Below, one piece after another: positions 9,008 to 17,291 of a stretch of DNA of 36,869 nt. Location of the stretch: assembly GCA_023246145.1 (NCBI GenBank), contig JAHFIZ010000001.1, positions 1 to 36,869 on the forward strand. The letters run 5' to 3'. The notes below the pieces were generated by a model. That model did no database searches and was not told where the DNA came from. It was given only the letters and a program-made list of their open reading frames with translations. Source of the stretch: Candidatus Uhrbacteria bacterium. GTDB lineage: Bacteria > Patescibacteriota > Patescibacteriia > UBA9934. How positions within the stretch are numbered: position 1 is the first letter of the stretch; each line of letters opens with the position of its first letter. Both the position numbers and the translations under genes were made by a program.

Positions 9008-10192
9008 TTATTTCTGTAAGGTGAAACGGTGAATGCGGCGGCCTACCATTTGGTTTTTGTGTTGGTAGATAAGCGGTTCAAACGGTGATGGTTCGTGCTT
9101 GTAGCCAAGGCTTGTCATGATTTCAATGGCATCAAATTCCAGCGATTCATCTTTGAAAGCATGGACAGGGGAGGTGAGGAGAACGGTTCCGCCGGATTTC
9201 AAAACGTTTTTGAGAGCTCCGAAACTTTCTTCGTAGATCGTTTTAACGTATGAAAGGGTTTGTTCGATGTCTTCACGTGATTCATTTCCTTTGCGCGGAC
9301 GGCCCAAGTACGTTTCGGTCACAATGACGTCCACAGAATCTTCCGGGATGGCATTACCAAGATCACTAGCGCGCATGGTGTAGAGCGTAGGTTCTGGAAC
9401 TTCCTCAGCTTCTTTTTTAATCCACTCCAAGTTTACCTGCGTGTCATTCACGGCCATTGGTGCAACGTCTCCACCAATAAGTGCTTTGGCACCCAAGAGT
9501 CCAGCTTCCATAAGCACTGTTCCAGATCCGCAGAAAGGATCAAGCACCGTGCCGAGCTTTTTCCCTTCTACGCCAGTCAAATTCACCATCATGCGGGCCA
9601 GTTTAGGAGGAAGCATACCTTGCTTGGCATTGCGGCGCGGACGTTCCATGTCTCGGTGAGACCAAACATCTACATCCTGTGCGGCCAATGATTTACCGAT
9701 GACAATATCGTTCTCGCGGATCAAGAAAACAAATTCTGCGCCTTTCGTGAGGAGATCGTTGTTCTTTAAGACCACACTTGAAAGTGTGGCTTCACGGGAA
9801 ATGACATAGCGCGCGCTACGGCCGGCTTCCTTAAGATGCGTTTTCAATTCAAAGCCAAGATTTTTCAAAGTATCTCGTGCGGCCATGACCTTGCTCTGAT
9901 TTTCTCCGTAGATACTGAAACCAAAGTGGATTTTTCCTTCCGGAACTTGTTCGATGAGGTCCGCAGACAAAAAAGCAGCAAGCTCGTTTTTGTCGAGCTT
10001 TTCGATTATGCCGACCACGGTGCCGAGCTTTTGTGTTCCGCCCAATTTGTCCTGAAGACCAGAGAAATTCCAAGCTACATCATCAAAAAGCGCCGTCTGC
10101 TCATCATTCCAAGAGGGAAGAGAACTGGTTACGGCATGGATTTCAGCCAGGGAGAGGCTAGGATGGGCTCCAAGAAGGGCAAAGGCTTGCAT
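9008..10192 (-). CDS. SAM-dependent methyltransferase, Trm11/UPF0020 (THUMP-associated)-like, with atypical motif IV
   Basis: MLPPKLARMMVNL and VLDPFCGSGTVLMEAG (SAM motif I) fit the N2-guanine/N6-adenine RNA methylase family. The expected (D/N)PPY is replaced by TETY in VDVIVTETYLGRP. Confidence 0.55.
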   Translation of the reverse strand: MQAFALLGAHPSLSLAEIHAVTSSLPSWNDEQTALFDDVAWNFSGLQDKLGGTQKLGTVVGIIEKLDKNELAAFLSADLIEQVPEGKIHFGFSIYGENQSKVMAARDTLKNLGFELKTHLKEAGRSARYVISREATLSSVVLKNNDLLTKGAEFVFLIRENDIVIGKSLAAQDVDVWSHRDMERPRRNAKQGMLPPKLARMMVNLTGVEGKKLGTVLDPFCGSGTVLMEAGLLGAKALIGGDVAPMAVNDTQVNLEWIKKEAEEVPEPTLYTMRASDLGNAIPEDSVDVIVTETYLGRPRKGNESREDIEQTLSYVKTIYEESFGALKNVLKSGGTVLLTSPVHAFKDESLEFDAIEIMTSLGYKHEPSPFEPLIYQHKNQMVGRRIHRFTLQK

Positions 10193-10317
10193 AAATAGAT
10201 TCGAGAGTACGAGAATTTGGCTAATTTGTCAATTATTTACGCATTCCCACTTATCAACTTCACTCCCTAGATTCGACATGATGTAATACGGAGGTAGGGC
10301 TATGCGAGATTTTTAGA

Positions 10318-10623
10318 TTGATCAAAACGGCCTTCACCCATTTTGTGAATGTTTCAGAAAAGAAGATAGAAGAGATTATTCAGTCGGTTCGACATCAGTT
10401 TAAGGACGATGTCGTGCAGGCTATTGAAGACAATAATCGTATTGTCGTCGATTTGTTGCGCCAGGAGATTAAGGCTTCAGCGCAAAACGTCAAAGATGAG
10501 CTTAGGTGGGAAATGCGTGTGATGCGGGACGATATCATCGACGTAATAGATAACGGCGTTTTGCCCCAAATTGACGGGCTGGATAGGCGGGTGACCCGGC
10601 TAGAAAGGTGGGCTAAAATTTAA
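10318..10623 (+). CDS. Hypothetical small coiled-coil-like protein (TTG start)
   Basis: This is a 101-aa ORF rich in charged heptad-like sequence and is followed by a terminator. The start is uncertain: it is a TTG, preceded by a 4-codon mini-ORF with a GGAGG site. Confidence 0.35.
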   Translation: MIKTAFTHFVNVSEKKIEEIIQSVRHQFKDDVVQAIEDNNRIVVDLLRQEIKASAQNVKDELRWEMRVMRDDIIDVIDNGVLPQIDGLDRRVTRLERWAKI

Positions 10624-10642
10624 AAGATCCGTGTTTTTGCTG

Positions 10643-10679
10643 AAAAGGGGTGCCGAAGCTTGACTTCAGCCCCCTTTTT
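10643..10679 (+). terminator. Rho-independent terminator
   Basis: GGGG-GCC-GAAG / CTTC-(A)GC-CCCC forms a hairpin (10647-10674) followed by TTTTT. Confidence 0.55.
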
Positions 10680-10759
10680 GGCTACTCTTTGCCCACTAAT
10701 TCTTGTCCGTGATCCCGAAAAAAGGATCGCCCGTACACTATTTACGGGCCAAGCACACT

Positions 10760-11239
10760 ATGATGTACGAAATCATGACGGTTGTGCCTACCAAATTCTC
10801 AGACAATGAGATTGAAGGCGTAACCGCAACGATCGGTAAAACGATCGAAGCAGGGGGAGGAAAGATAGAGAAGACGGTGAACCAGGGAAAGATTAAGCTT
10901 GCGTATCCTATTGAGCACCAGCGCTACGGTACGTACGTTCTTTTCTATGTTGAGGCTTTGGGTGAGGCTATGGCCAAGATTGACCAGAACCTCCGTTTGT
11001 CTGAGGAAGTGCTCCGTCACATTACGGTAGCTCGCAGAGAGGGCATCCCTACCAGTGACTACCGTCTTGTTTCTTACCAGCCACCTTTGAACGCTGAAGG
11101 CCGCCGCGCCGGTGAGCGTGAAGAGCGCGCTCCTCGTGAGCAGGCTCGTCCAGCAGCTGAAGCTTCTAAACTGACTACAGAAGAACTTTCAAGCAAGCTT
11201 GATCAGATCCTGGACTCGGATATCATGAAGAATGTGTAA
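10760..11239 (+). CDS. rpsF: 30S ribosomal protein S6 with long C-terminal extension
   Basis: (M)MYEIMTVVPTKFSD...YPIEHQRYGTYVLFYVEA is S6-like. The ORF-track start at 10703 looks like an upstream extension, so ATG 10760 or 10763 is preferred. Confidence 0.85.
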   Translation: MMYEIMTVVPTKFSDNEIEGVTATIGKTIEAGGGKIEKTVNQGKIKLAYPIEHQRYGTYVLFYVEALGEAMAKIDQNLRLSEEVLRHITVARREGIPTSDYRLVSYQPPLNAEGRRAGEREERAPREQARPAAEASKLTTEELSSKLDQILDSDIMKNV

Positions 11240-11266
11240 GCGGGTAATCCCATTAACATTCTCTAT

Positions 11267-11719
11267 ATGGCCGGATCTCTCAATAAAGCAATGATCATCG
11301 GAAACCTGACCCGTGACCCGGAACTCCGGAAGACAACGGGCGGCCAGTCAGTCTGTTCTTTCTCCATAGCTACCAACCGTGTGTACACGGACAAGGCCGG
11401 CAACAAGAAAGAAGAAGCTGATTACCACAACGTTGTAGCTTGGGCACGCCTGGCTGACGTCTGCGGACAGTATTTGACCAAAGGGAAGAAGGTATACATT
11501 GACGGCCGCATGCAGACCCGTGATTGGGAAGGCACTGATGGCGTGAAGAAGTACCGCATGGAAATCGTGGCGGAGAACATGATCATGTTGGACCGCGGCG
11601 GTGCTCCAGGATCTACCGGTCCTCGCTCCATGGAAGGATCTGATGAAGCACCTATTGTGGCTGACGAACCTTCTCAGACCCCGGATGATGAAATTAAGTT
11701 AGAAGATATTCCGTTTTAA
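11267..11719 (+). CDS. ssb: Single-stranded DNA-binding protein
   Basis: The N-terminus is an OB fold (LNKAMIIGNLTRDPELRKTTGG...YHNVVAWARLA) and the C-terminal tip is acidic (DDEIKLEDIPF). The gene sits in the rpsF-ssb-rpsR context. Confidence 0.9.
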   Translation: MAGSLNKAMIIGNLTRDPELRKTTGGQSVCSFSIATNRVYTDKAGNKKEEADYHNVVAWARLADVCGQYLTKGKKVYIDGRMQTRDWEGTDGVKKYRMEIVAENMIMLDRGGAPGSTGPRSMEGSDEAPIVADEPSQTPDDEIKLEDIPF

Positions 11720-11722
11720 TCT

Positions 11723-11950
11723 ATGAACAACAGCAAAACTCCTAAACAAGATCGTTACTGCTACTTCTGCGTAAACAAGGCAGTAGTCATTGATTATAAG
11801 AACACGGATCTTCTCCGCCGCTTCTTGTCTTCATTCGGCAAAATTGTTCCTCGCAAGCGCAGCGGTTTGTGCTCAGCTCACCAGCGCCAGGTAGCCGGTG
11901 AAATCAAGCGTTCACGCATCATCGGCCTCTTGCCGTTCGTGGTCGCCTAA
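11723..11950 (+). CDS. rpsR: 30S ribosomal protein S18
   Basis: CYFCVNKAVVIDYKNTDLLRRFLSSFGKIVPRKRSGLCSAHQRQVAGEIKRSRIIGLLPF is S18-like. Confidence 0.9.
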   Translation: MNNSKTPKQDRYCYFCVNKAVVIDYKNTDLLRRFLSSFGKIVPRKRSGLCSAHQRQVAGEIKRSRIIGLLPFVVA

Positions 11951-12013
11951 CCTACCAGACCTCCCCGGCCAACGGGGTTGGCCTCCAACCCCCTCCAGTG
12001 GAGGGGGATAACG

Positions 12014-12059
12014 AAATCCCCCATAGCTCCGAAAGGAGCGACGGGGGATTTTGTTTTTT
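12014..12059 (+). terminator. Rho-independent terminator after rpsR
   Basis: AAATCCCCC...GCTCC-GAAA-GGAGC...GGGGGATTT is followed by TGTTTTTT. Two further GC hairpins precede it: GGCCAACGGGGTTGGCC (11967-11983) and CCCCCTCCAGTGGAGGGGG (11989-12007). Confidence 0.7.
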
Positions 12060-12086
12060 GACGGGATTTGATCTTTTGTCTATATT
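12058..12086 (+). promoter_or_regulatory. Sigma70-like promoter for the 12124 ORF
   Basis: The site reads TTGACG (12058-12063)-17 nt-TATATT (12081-12086). A strong SD TAAGGAGGT (12111-12119) follows, then the ATG at 12124. Confidence 0.55.
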
Positions 12087-12123
12087 GCCGTGTCCGGCCA
12101 TCCTGGCTGGTAAGGAGGTTTAG

Positions 12124-12687
12124 ATGGAAGCAGACGCGATCTGGAACTGTCGTTCGTCCGTCCGGGAGAAGCAGCGGAGGGTCGAAGGCGCGTATCGTGG
12201 AGGCATACCGCACTACCTGTTCTATGATCTCGGACCCACCCCGCTCTGCCGGTCTCTCGATGAGTCTCTCGCGAGGCGGCGGATGATGAGCGCCCTTTTC
12301 TACTCTGATGACCGAGAGCGAATTGCGGGGATCGATGTCGACCGGTCGAACAAGATTCATGGGATCTCGCCACTTCCTGGAGAGCCATTCTGGGTTCTCC
12401 GGGTACGCGATCCGCACATCGTGGTGTATCAGCCTCTCGAGGTAGGTGGCCGCGAGTGTCATCTCCTGGAGTTTGCTCCCTACGACGACGACAACGAGCC
12501 ACCGTTTCATCCGCGGTACCCCAGGCGCTACTCCTTCGCGCTCCATTGGCGTGGACGGGCAGCGCCAAACGCTGATCCGGAGGTACTCATCCCCCAGCCA
12601 AAGGGGATGCTCGCCGGCATGGATATACCTCCTAGCCGCGAGAAGGAGATCACGAACGTGATTCGTTCCTGGTTTCATCTTTCATAG
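12124..12687 (+). CDS. Hypothetical protein, G+C-rich orphan cassette
   Basis: This 187-aa ORF is bracketed by its own promoter, a consensus SD and a terminator. I recognise no motif. An overlapping minus-strand ORF (11947..12678) runs through the rpsR terminator and is judged spurious. Confidence 0.5.
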   Translation: MEADAIWNCRSSVREKQRRVEGAYRGGIPHYLFYDLGPTPLCRSLDESLARRRMMSALFYSDDRERIAGIDVDRSNKIHGISPLPGEPFWVLRVRDPHIVVYQPLEVGGRECHLLEFAPYDDDNEPPFHPRYPRRYSFALHWRGRAAPNADPEVLIPQPKGMLAGMDIPPSREKEITNVIRSWFHLS

Positions 12688-12711
12688 GCTGGCGCCGCGC
12701 CGCCTCGTCGC

Positions 12712-12746
12712 AGTCCCCGGGCTTCTCCTGGGGACTTCGTGTTTTT
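12712..12746 (+). terminator. Rho-independent terminator after the orphan ORF
   Basis: AGTCCCC (12712-12718) pairs with GGGGACT (12730-12736), followed by TCGTGTTTTT. Confidence 0.5.
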
Positions 12747-12773
12747 GACCCTCTCGCTTCTTTTCTGTACACT
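12745..12773 (+). promoter_or_regulatory. Sigma70-like promoter for epmA, near-leaderless
   Basis: The site reads TTGACC (12745-12750)-17 nt-TACACT (12768-12773). Only 9 nt separate the -10 from the ATG at 12783. Confidence 0.45.
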
Positions 12774-12782
12774 TTTGCCCTT

Positions 12783-13688
12783 ATGCTTTCAAAAGCAGAT
12801 CTGGAATTACGGGCCAAACTTTGGAACCATGTCACCAAAGACATTCAAAGTTTTTTTGATACTCGCGGATATACGGAAGTGCGTACTCCACTTATTGTCC
12901 GCTCACCGGGGATGGAACCGAATTTGGATCCGGTAGGGGTAGATGTGAGACTGCTTGATGGCGTGACTCATCGCGGCGGCCTCATCACGAGTCCGGAATA
13001 TTCCATGAAGAAGCTTTTGGGGGGAGGGATGGAGCGGATTTATACGCTCACGCCAGTTTTTAGAAATGTGGAGAAGATGGGCGAACGCTGGAGTGTAGAG
13101 TTCACCATGCTTGAGTGGTACCGGACAGGCGCAGATTACAACGAGTGTATGAGAGAGACGGAGGAGCTCGTAAACGGCATCCTCGGCCTCACCGGAAGTT
13201 GGCCGCGAGTAAGTTATGTCAAAGAGTTCGAGAAGCAGTTCGGAGTTCATCCTGCGGATGCACCAAAAGACATGAATGTGGCTGACAAATTTCAGTTTGA
13301 GGTCATGCCAAGGCTTGAAAAAGAATATGACCGGTTTTTCTTGGTCGAGTATCCCGTAGCTGAGGCAGCATTGGCACAGAAGAATGCTGATGGCCGATCG
13401 GCCCAGCGCTTTGAAGGCTACGTGAAGGGTATTGAGATCTGTAACGGCTTCACGGAGCTCGTGGATTCCGCCGAGCAGCGGGTTCGATTTGAAGCTGAAG
13501 CAAAAGAACGGGCTGAAGCCGGAAAAGAGGTCTTTCCGATTGACGAAGAGCTTCTTTTAAGGTTATCCTCCGTGCCGTCGCCGACATTCGGCAATGCCCT
13601 AGGGGTAGATAGGCTCATCATGCTCAAAGCAGGCATGAACGATATTGATTCCATTCATTTGTTCCCTCCTTCAGAGAGATTTAATTAG
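12783..13688 (+). CDS. epmA: EF-P lysine-lysyltransferase (class II LysRS paralogue, EpmA/PoxA/GenX)
   Basis: The class II aaRS catalytic core is present without an anticodon-binding domain. Supporting segments are RTPLIVRSPGMEPNLDPV, ITSPEYSMKKLL, VFRNVE..SVEFTMLEWY, FEGYVKGIEICNGFTELVD and FGNALGVDRLIML. The gene lies immediately upstream of efp. Confidence 0.75.
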   Translation: MLSKADLELRAKLWNHVTKDIQSFFDTRGYTEVRTPLIVRSPGMEPNLDPVGVDVRLLDGVTHRGGLITSPEYSMKKLLGGGMERIYTLTPVFRNVEKMGERWSVEFTMLEWYRTGADYNECMRETEELVNGILGLTGSWPRVSYVKEFEKQFGVHPADAPKDMNVADKFQFEVMPRLEKEYDRFFLVEYPVAEAALAQKNADGRSAQRFEGYVKGIEICNGFTELVDSAEQRVRFEAEAKERAEAGKEVFPIDEELLLRLSSVPSPTFGNALGVDRLIMLKAGMNDIDSIHLFPPSERFN

Positions 13689-13692
13689 TACT

Positions 13693-14259
13693 ATGGCTTC
13701 TCCAAACGACATCAGAAAAGGAACGGTTATTAAAATAGATAATGAGCTCTGGGTAGTCATGAGCTTCCAGCGCGTGTCCCCAGGCAAGGGCAGCTCTTTT
13801 GTTCGTACCCGCACCAAGTCTCTTTCTAGTGGCAAGACGGTAGAAAATAACTTCAAGTCTGCTGAATCTCTGACCTTTGAGGATGTCAGTCACCGCAAGA
13901 TGCAGTTCATCTTTGGGGACGCTGACATGTTGACGTTCATGGATGGCCAGAGCTTTGACCAGGTCTCACTCAGCCGTGAATTGGTGGGTGAAGATGCCAA
14001 GTATTTGAAGGAAGGACTGGACGTGGTGGTCATCATGCACGGTGACGTGGCTATTTCCATGGAACTGCCGCTCAAGATTGAATACAAGATTGTAGAAACA
14101 GAACCAGCAGTGAAGGGTGATACCGCTTCCGGCAACGTCCTTAAGGATGCCAAAATGGATAATGGCCTCATGGTCCGCGTGCCAATCTTTGTAAAAGAAG
14201 GCGAATCCATCATGGTGAATACAGAAACAGGGGATTACGTAGAGCGTGTTTCCCGGTAA
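13693..14259 (+). CDS. efp: Elongation factor P
   Basis: MASPNDIRKGTVIKIDNELWVVMSFQRVSPGKGSSFVRTRTKSL carries the conserved loop lysine (PGKG). The ORF-track start at 13645 is an upstream extension overlapping epmA. Confidence 0.9.
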   Translation: MASPNDIRKGTVIKIDNELWVVMSFQRVSPGKGSSFVRTRTKSLSSGKTVENNFKSAESLTFEDVSHRKMQFIFGDADMLTFMDGQSFDQVSLSRELVGEDAKYLKEGLDVVVIMHGDVAISMELPLKIEYKIVETEPAVKGDTASGNVLKDAKMDNGLMVRVPIFVKEGESIMVNTETGDYVERVSR

Positions 14260-14273
14260 ATAACCGTTCACAG

Positions 14274-14298
14274 AAAGTCCCCGTTTCGGGGGCTTTTT
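14274..14298 (+). terminator. Rho-independent terminator after efp
   Basis: AGTCCCC-GTTTC-GGGGGCT is followed by TTTTT. Confidence 0.6.
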
Positions 14299-14313
14299 GA
14301 TTTCTGTTACAAT

Positions 14314-16602
14314 ATGAGGGCTATGGCACGTAAAAAGAAGAAGCAGGTAGATGAGGATGATATTGGACTGTCTGATGAAGTGCGGAAAAGTATTGTGGCC
14401 ATTGTTTTTGTAGCGGTCGGGGCCCTCATGCTTCTGTCCTTTTTTGGTTTTGCGGGAACCTTTGGAGAAACCCTGGATACCTGGCTTGGCATGGGATTTG
14501 GTATTTCCCGTCTCATAGTGCCGATTATTTTTATTCTGGGCGGAGCAAGTTTAGTTTTTTCAGACCGGAAGCCGCTTGGCGCTAAGGCCTTCCTTTGTTT
14601 TGTTCTCCTTCTTTTGAGTATTACGGGGCTGGTTAACCTTTTTCTTGCGCCGGGAATAACAGACCCTATGGTGGTGAAGAATGCCGGGGGAGCCATTGGC
14701 CTCCTTACGTCTTCTATTTTAGTGGGCGCGATGGGTTTTTGGGCGGCGTTTATTGTGGACGCTGCGGTTCTGCTTGTGACCATTCTTATCTTGTTCAACA
14801 AATCGCTTCACCCATTCGCTGCCATGTTTAGGAAATCTGGCGTGGAGGAGGGTGAAGACGGTGAGCCATACGTGGATGAACGAGATGAAGATGCTGGGGT
14901 CGACGTCCCTGTCGACCCAACCGATGAGGACGCGGACGGCGAGCCAGTAGCCAAGAGTGGCAAGGCAGCGGCTTATTTTGCTAATAAATCTCCGGCTGAA
15001 ACGGTCATGACCTCAAGCGAGCACCGCAAGATTGAAATTCCGCTTGATTTGCTTGATAACAAACGTTCTGAAGGAAAGGCGGGGGATGTAGCCAGAAACC
15101 AGGAGATTATCGCTCGCACGTTGGCCCAGTTTGGTATTGATGTAGAGATGCATGAGGTGAAAGTGGGTCCAACGGTAGCCCAGTATTCTTTTAGGCCGGC
15201 GCAGGGCGTGAAGCTGACCCGTGTCATGGCACTCCAGAATGATTTGGCGCTCGCACTCGCTGCCCATCCTATTCGTATTGAAGCGCCAATTCCTGGAAAA
15301 GCCTTGGTGGGTATTGAGGTGCCAAATCAATCGGTGGCTCGCGTGGGTCTGCGTGAGGGTTTGGAATCAAAAGAATTCTCTGCTCGCAAATCTTCTTTTG
15401 CGGTACCGCTTGGTAAGGATATTTCTGGTGGAACACCGCTTCTCTATGTAGAGAAGGCGCCGCACATGCTGGTGGCTGGTGCTACGGGTTCCGGTAAGTC
15501 CGTATGTTTGAACGGCATTATTATTTCTCTTCTCTATCAGAACGGACCGGATGATCTGAAGCTCATCATGGTAGACCCTAAGCGTGTGGAGCTTGGCGTG
15601 TACGCTGGTATTCCGCATTTGCTCGTTCCGCCAATCGTAAAAGCGGATGAAGCGGTCAACGCGCTCAAATGGGCAGTACGCGAAATGGAACGCAGATTGG
15701 ATTATCTGGCAAAGTTTGGTGCGCGCGATATTGATTCTTATAACGCTAAGGCAGCAGAGCGCATGCCACGCATCGTGATCATTATTGATGAGCTGGCCGA
15801 TCTGATGATTCAGAACAAGCGAGAGGTGGAGGCCGTGATTGTGCGTATTGCGCAGATGTCCCGTGCTGCTGGCATCCATCTTGTTCTTGCCACGCAACGA
15901 CCATCCGTGGACGTTATTACCGGAACCATTAAGGCGAACATCCCAACTCGTCTCGCCTTTGCCGTAGCTTCCCAGGTGGACTCAAAGACCATTATCGACA
16001 CCGCTGGTGCCGATAAGCTTCTTGGTCGCGGCGACATGCTCATGTCCACGCCTGAACTTTCCAAGCCGCGCCGCGTGCAGGGTGCATATGTTTCAGATAC
16101 GGAAATTGAACGCGTGGTGGCCTTCTTAAAGAAGGAAGGCGAACCTGATTACAATCACCAGATCATTGAAGGTGCTTCAAGCTCTGGGGGAGTATCACTG
16201 AATCCGGAAGATTCCGATTCTCTCCTTGAGGATGCGATTAATATTGCGATTGAGGCGGGTAAGGTTTCTACTTCTTACTTACAGCGCCGCATGAAGATTG
16301 GTTACTCCCGCGCCGCTCGAATTGTTGACCTGATGGAAGAAATTGGAGTTGTCTCTGCGGGGGACGGTGCTAAACCACGAGAAGTGCTCGTCACGGAATG
16401 GCCGCCAGCTGGAGCCGTACCTGATGAAGATTTTGATGATGAGGAAGAGGATGATGAGGAAGACGCGGATACCGCTGAAACTCCAGCCGATGATGAGGAA
16501 GAAGAGGAGGAGGACGGCGCTACTATTGATGACGTGGATGAAGATGACCCAGAGTTAGAGGATCTGGAAGAGGATGAAGGCGGAGATACAGAAAAGAGAT
16601 AA
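14314..16602 (+). CDS. ftsK: DNA translocase FtsK/SpoIIIE
   Basis: The N-terminus has TM helices. Walker A is AGATGSGKS and Walker B is VIIIDELADL. The gamma winged helix is YLQRRMKIGYSRAARIVDLMEE and is followed by a long D/E tail. The start is ATG 14314 or ATG 14323 (MARKKKKQ). Confidence 0.85.
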   Translation: MRAMARKKKKQVDEDDIGLSDEVRKSIVAIVFVAVGALMLLSFFGFAGTFGETLDTWLGMGFGISRLIVPIIFILGGASLVFSDRKPLGAKAFLCFVLLLLSITGLVNLFLAPGITDPMVVKNAGGAIGLLTSSILVGAMGFWAAFIVDAAVLLVTILILFNKSLHPFAAMFRKSGVEEGEDGEPYVDERDEDAGVDVPVDPTDEDADGEPVAKSGKAAAYFANKSPAETVMTSSEHRKIEIPLDLLDNKRSEGKAGDVARNQEIIARTLAQFGIDVEMHEVKVGPTVAQYSFRPAQGVKLTRVMALQNDLALALAAHPIRIEAPIPGKALVGIEVPNQSVARVGLREGLESKEFSARKSSFAVPLGKDISGGTPLLYVEKAPHMLVAGATGSGKSVCLNGIIISLLYQNGPDDLKLIMVDPKRVELGVYAGIPHLLVPPIVKADEAVNALKWAVREMERRLDYLAKFGARDIDSYNAKAAERMPRIVIIIDELADLMIQNKREVEAVIVRIAQMSRAAGIHLVLATQRPSVDVITGTIKANIPTRLAFAVASQVDSKTIIDTAGADKLLGRGDMLMSTPELSKPRRVQGAYVSDTEIERVVAFLKKEGEPDYNHQIIEGASSSGGVSLNPEDSDSLLEDAINIAIEAGKVSTSYLQRRMKIGYSRAARIVDLMEEIGVVSAGDGAKPREVLVTEWPPAGAVPDEDFDDEEEDDEEDADTAETPADDEEEEEEDGATIDDVDEDDPELEDLEEDEGGDTEKR

Positions 16603-16612
16603 TGCAACGAGT

Positions 16613-16650
16613 AAAGGCGGTCGGGATGCGTCCCGACCGCCCTTCGTTTT
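16613..16650. terminator. Hairpin terminator between convergent ftsK and the sigma gene
   Basis: GGCGGTCGGGA-TGCG-TCCCGACCGCC is an 11-bp perfect stem followed by CTTCGTTTT. Confidence 0.6.
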
Positions 16651-16652
16651 CT

Positions 16653-17216
16653 TCACGCCGCAGATCGTTCTAGCGGCTCTTTCATGACGGCGTTCTTCGC
16701 GCGGTTGATGCGAGACATGACGGTCCCAAGTGGGACGCTCAACATCTCCGCGATCTCTTTGTAGAGGTGCCCTGCCGCCCAGAGCAGGAGTATCTCCTGA
16801 TGAAGCTTGGGGAGTCTGTCCACCGCTTCCGAGGCTTTGATGCGGATACGTTTCCTCACGAGAGCCTCGTATGGGTCTTCGTAGAGGCTGTCCGTGAACA
16901 GCGCCGTGTCTTGGCTGAGGATTTCATCGCGTCGCCGTCGGTCACGGAGGAGATTGATCGCGAGGTGTTGGGCGATCGTTCGCAGCCAGCCTGCGAAGTT
17001 GAGCGGGGAGTATCCCGCGAGTGCCTTTCGGGCCTTGATGAACGTGTCTTGCATGACGTCCCAGGCGCTCGCGGGATCGCTGTCAAGGATCGCCCTGGCG
17101 CAACGGAGAACGTAATGGTTGTACTTCTGGTACAGCAGACCGAACGCCTGCTCATCACCTTTTACCGTTGCCCTAATGAGGGCATTGTCTGCTTCATGGT
17201 CGTTGAAGATGGACAT
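16653..17216 (-). CDS. ECF-type sigma-70 family RNA polymerase sigma factor
   Basis: Region 2 is FGLLYQKYNHYVLRCARAIL...DVMQDTFIKA. The region 4 HTH is LPKLHQEILLLWAAGHLYKEIAEMLSVPLGTVMSRINRAK. A GGAGG SD precedes the ATG. Codons are visibly G/C-ending. Confidence 0.8.
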   Translation of the reverse strand: MSIFNDHEADNALIRATVKGDEQAFGLLYQKYNHYVLRCARAILDSDPASAWDVMQDTFIKARKALAGYSPLNFAGWLRTIAQHLAINLLRDRRRRDEILSQDTALFTDSLYEDPYEALVRKRIRIKASEAVDRLPKLHQEILLLWAAGHLYKEIAEMLSVPLGTVMSRINRAKNAVMKEPLERSAA

Positions 17217-17251
17217 GGAACCTCCAGAGAATTCCTATATCAGTATAGCCT

Positions 17252-17280
17252 TTGTGTAAAGTCAGGGTTAAGGTTAAAAT
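17252..17280 (+). promoter_or_regulatory. Sigma70-like promoter for the RodZ-like gene
   Basis: The site reads TTGTGT (17252-17257)-17 nt-TAAAAT (17275-17280). A GAAAGGA SD and the ATG at 17292 follow. Confidence 0.4.
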
Positions 17281-17291
17281 AGAAAGGATTT

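Noticed and set aside
10302-10320. Mini-ORF ATG CGA GAT TTT TAG with a GGAGG SD just before the TTG start of ORF 10318; possible +1 frameshift or reinitiation
   Set aside because: There is no recognisable frameshift-stimulating context. The simplest reading is an uncertain start for a small hypothetical gene. It cannot be tested from sequence alone.
11947-12678. 243-aa minus-strand ORF overlapping the orphan cassette
   Set aside because: Its 3' part reads through three hairpins, including the rpsR terminator and the promoter. The plus-strand ORF has a consensus promoter, a perfect SD and a terminator. Long shadow ORFs are expected in G+C-rich DNA.
14307-14801. 164-aa ORF antisense to the ftsK 5' region
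   Set aside because: It overlaps the membrane-anchor coding region of a clear ftsK gene and has no signals of its own.
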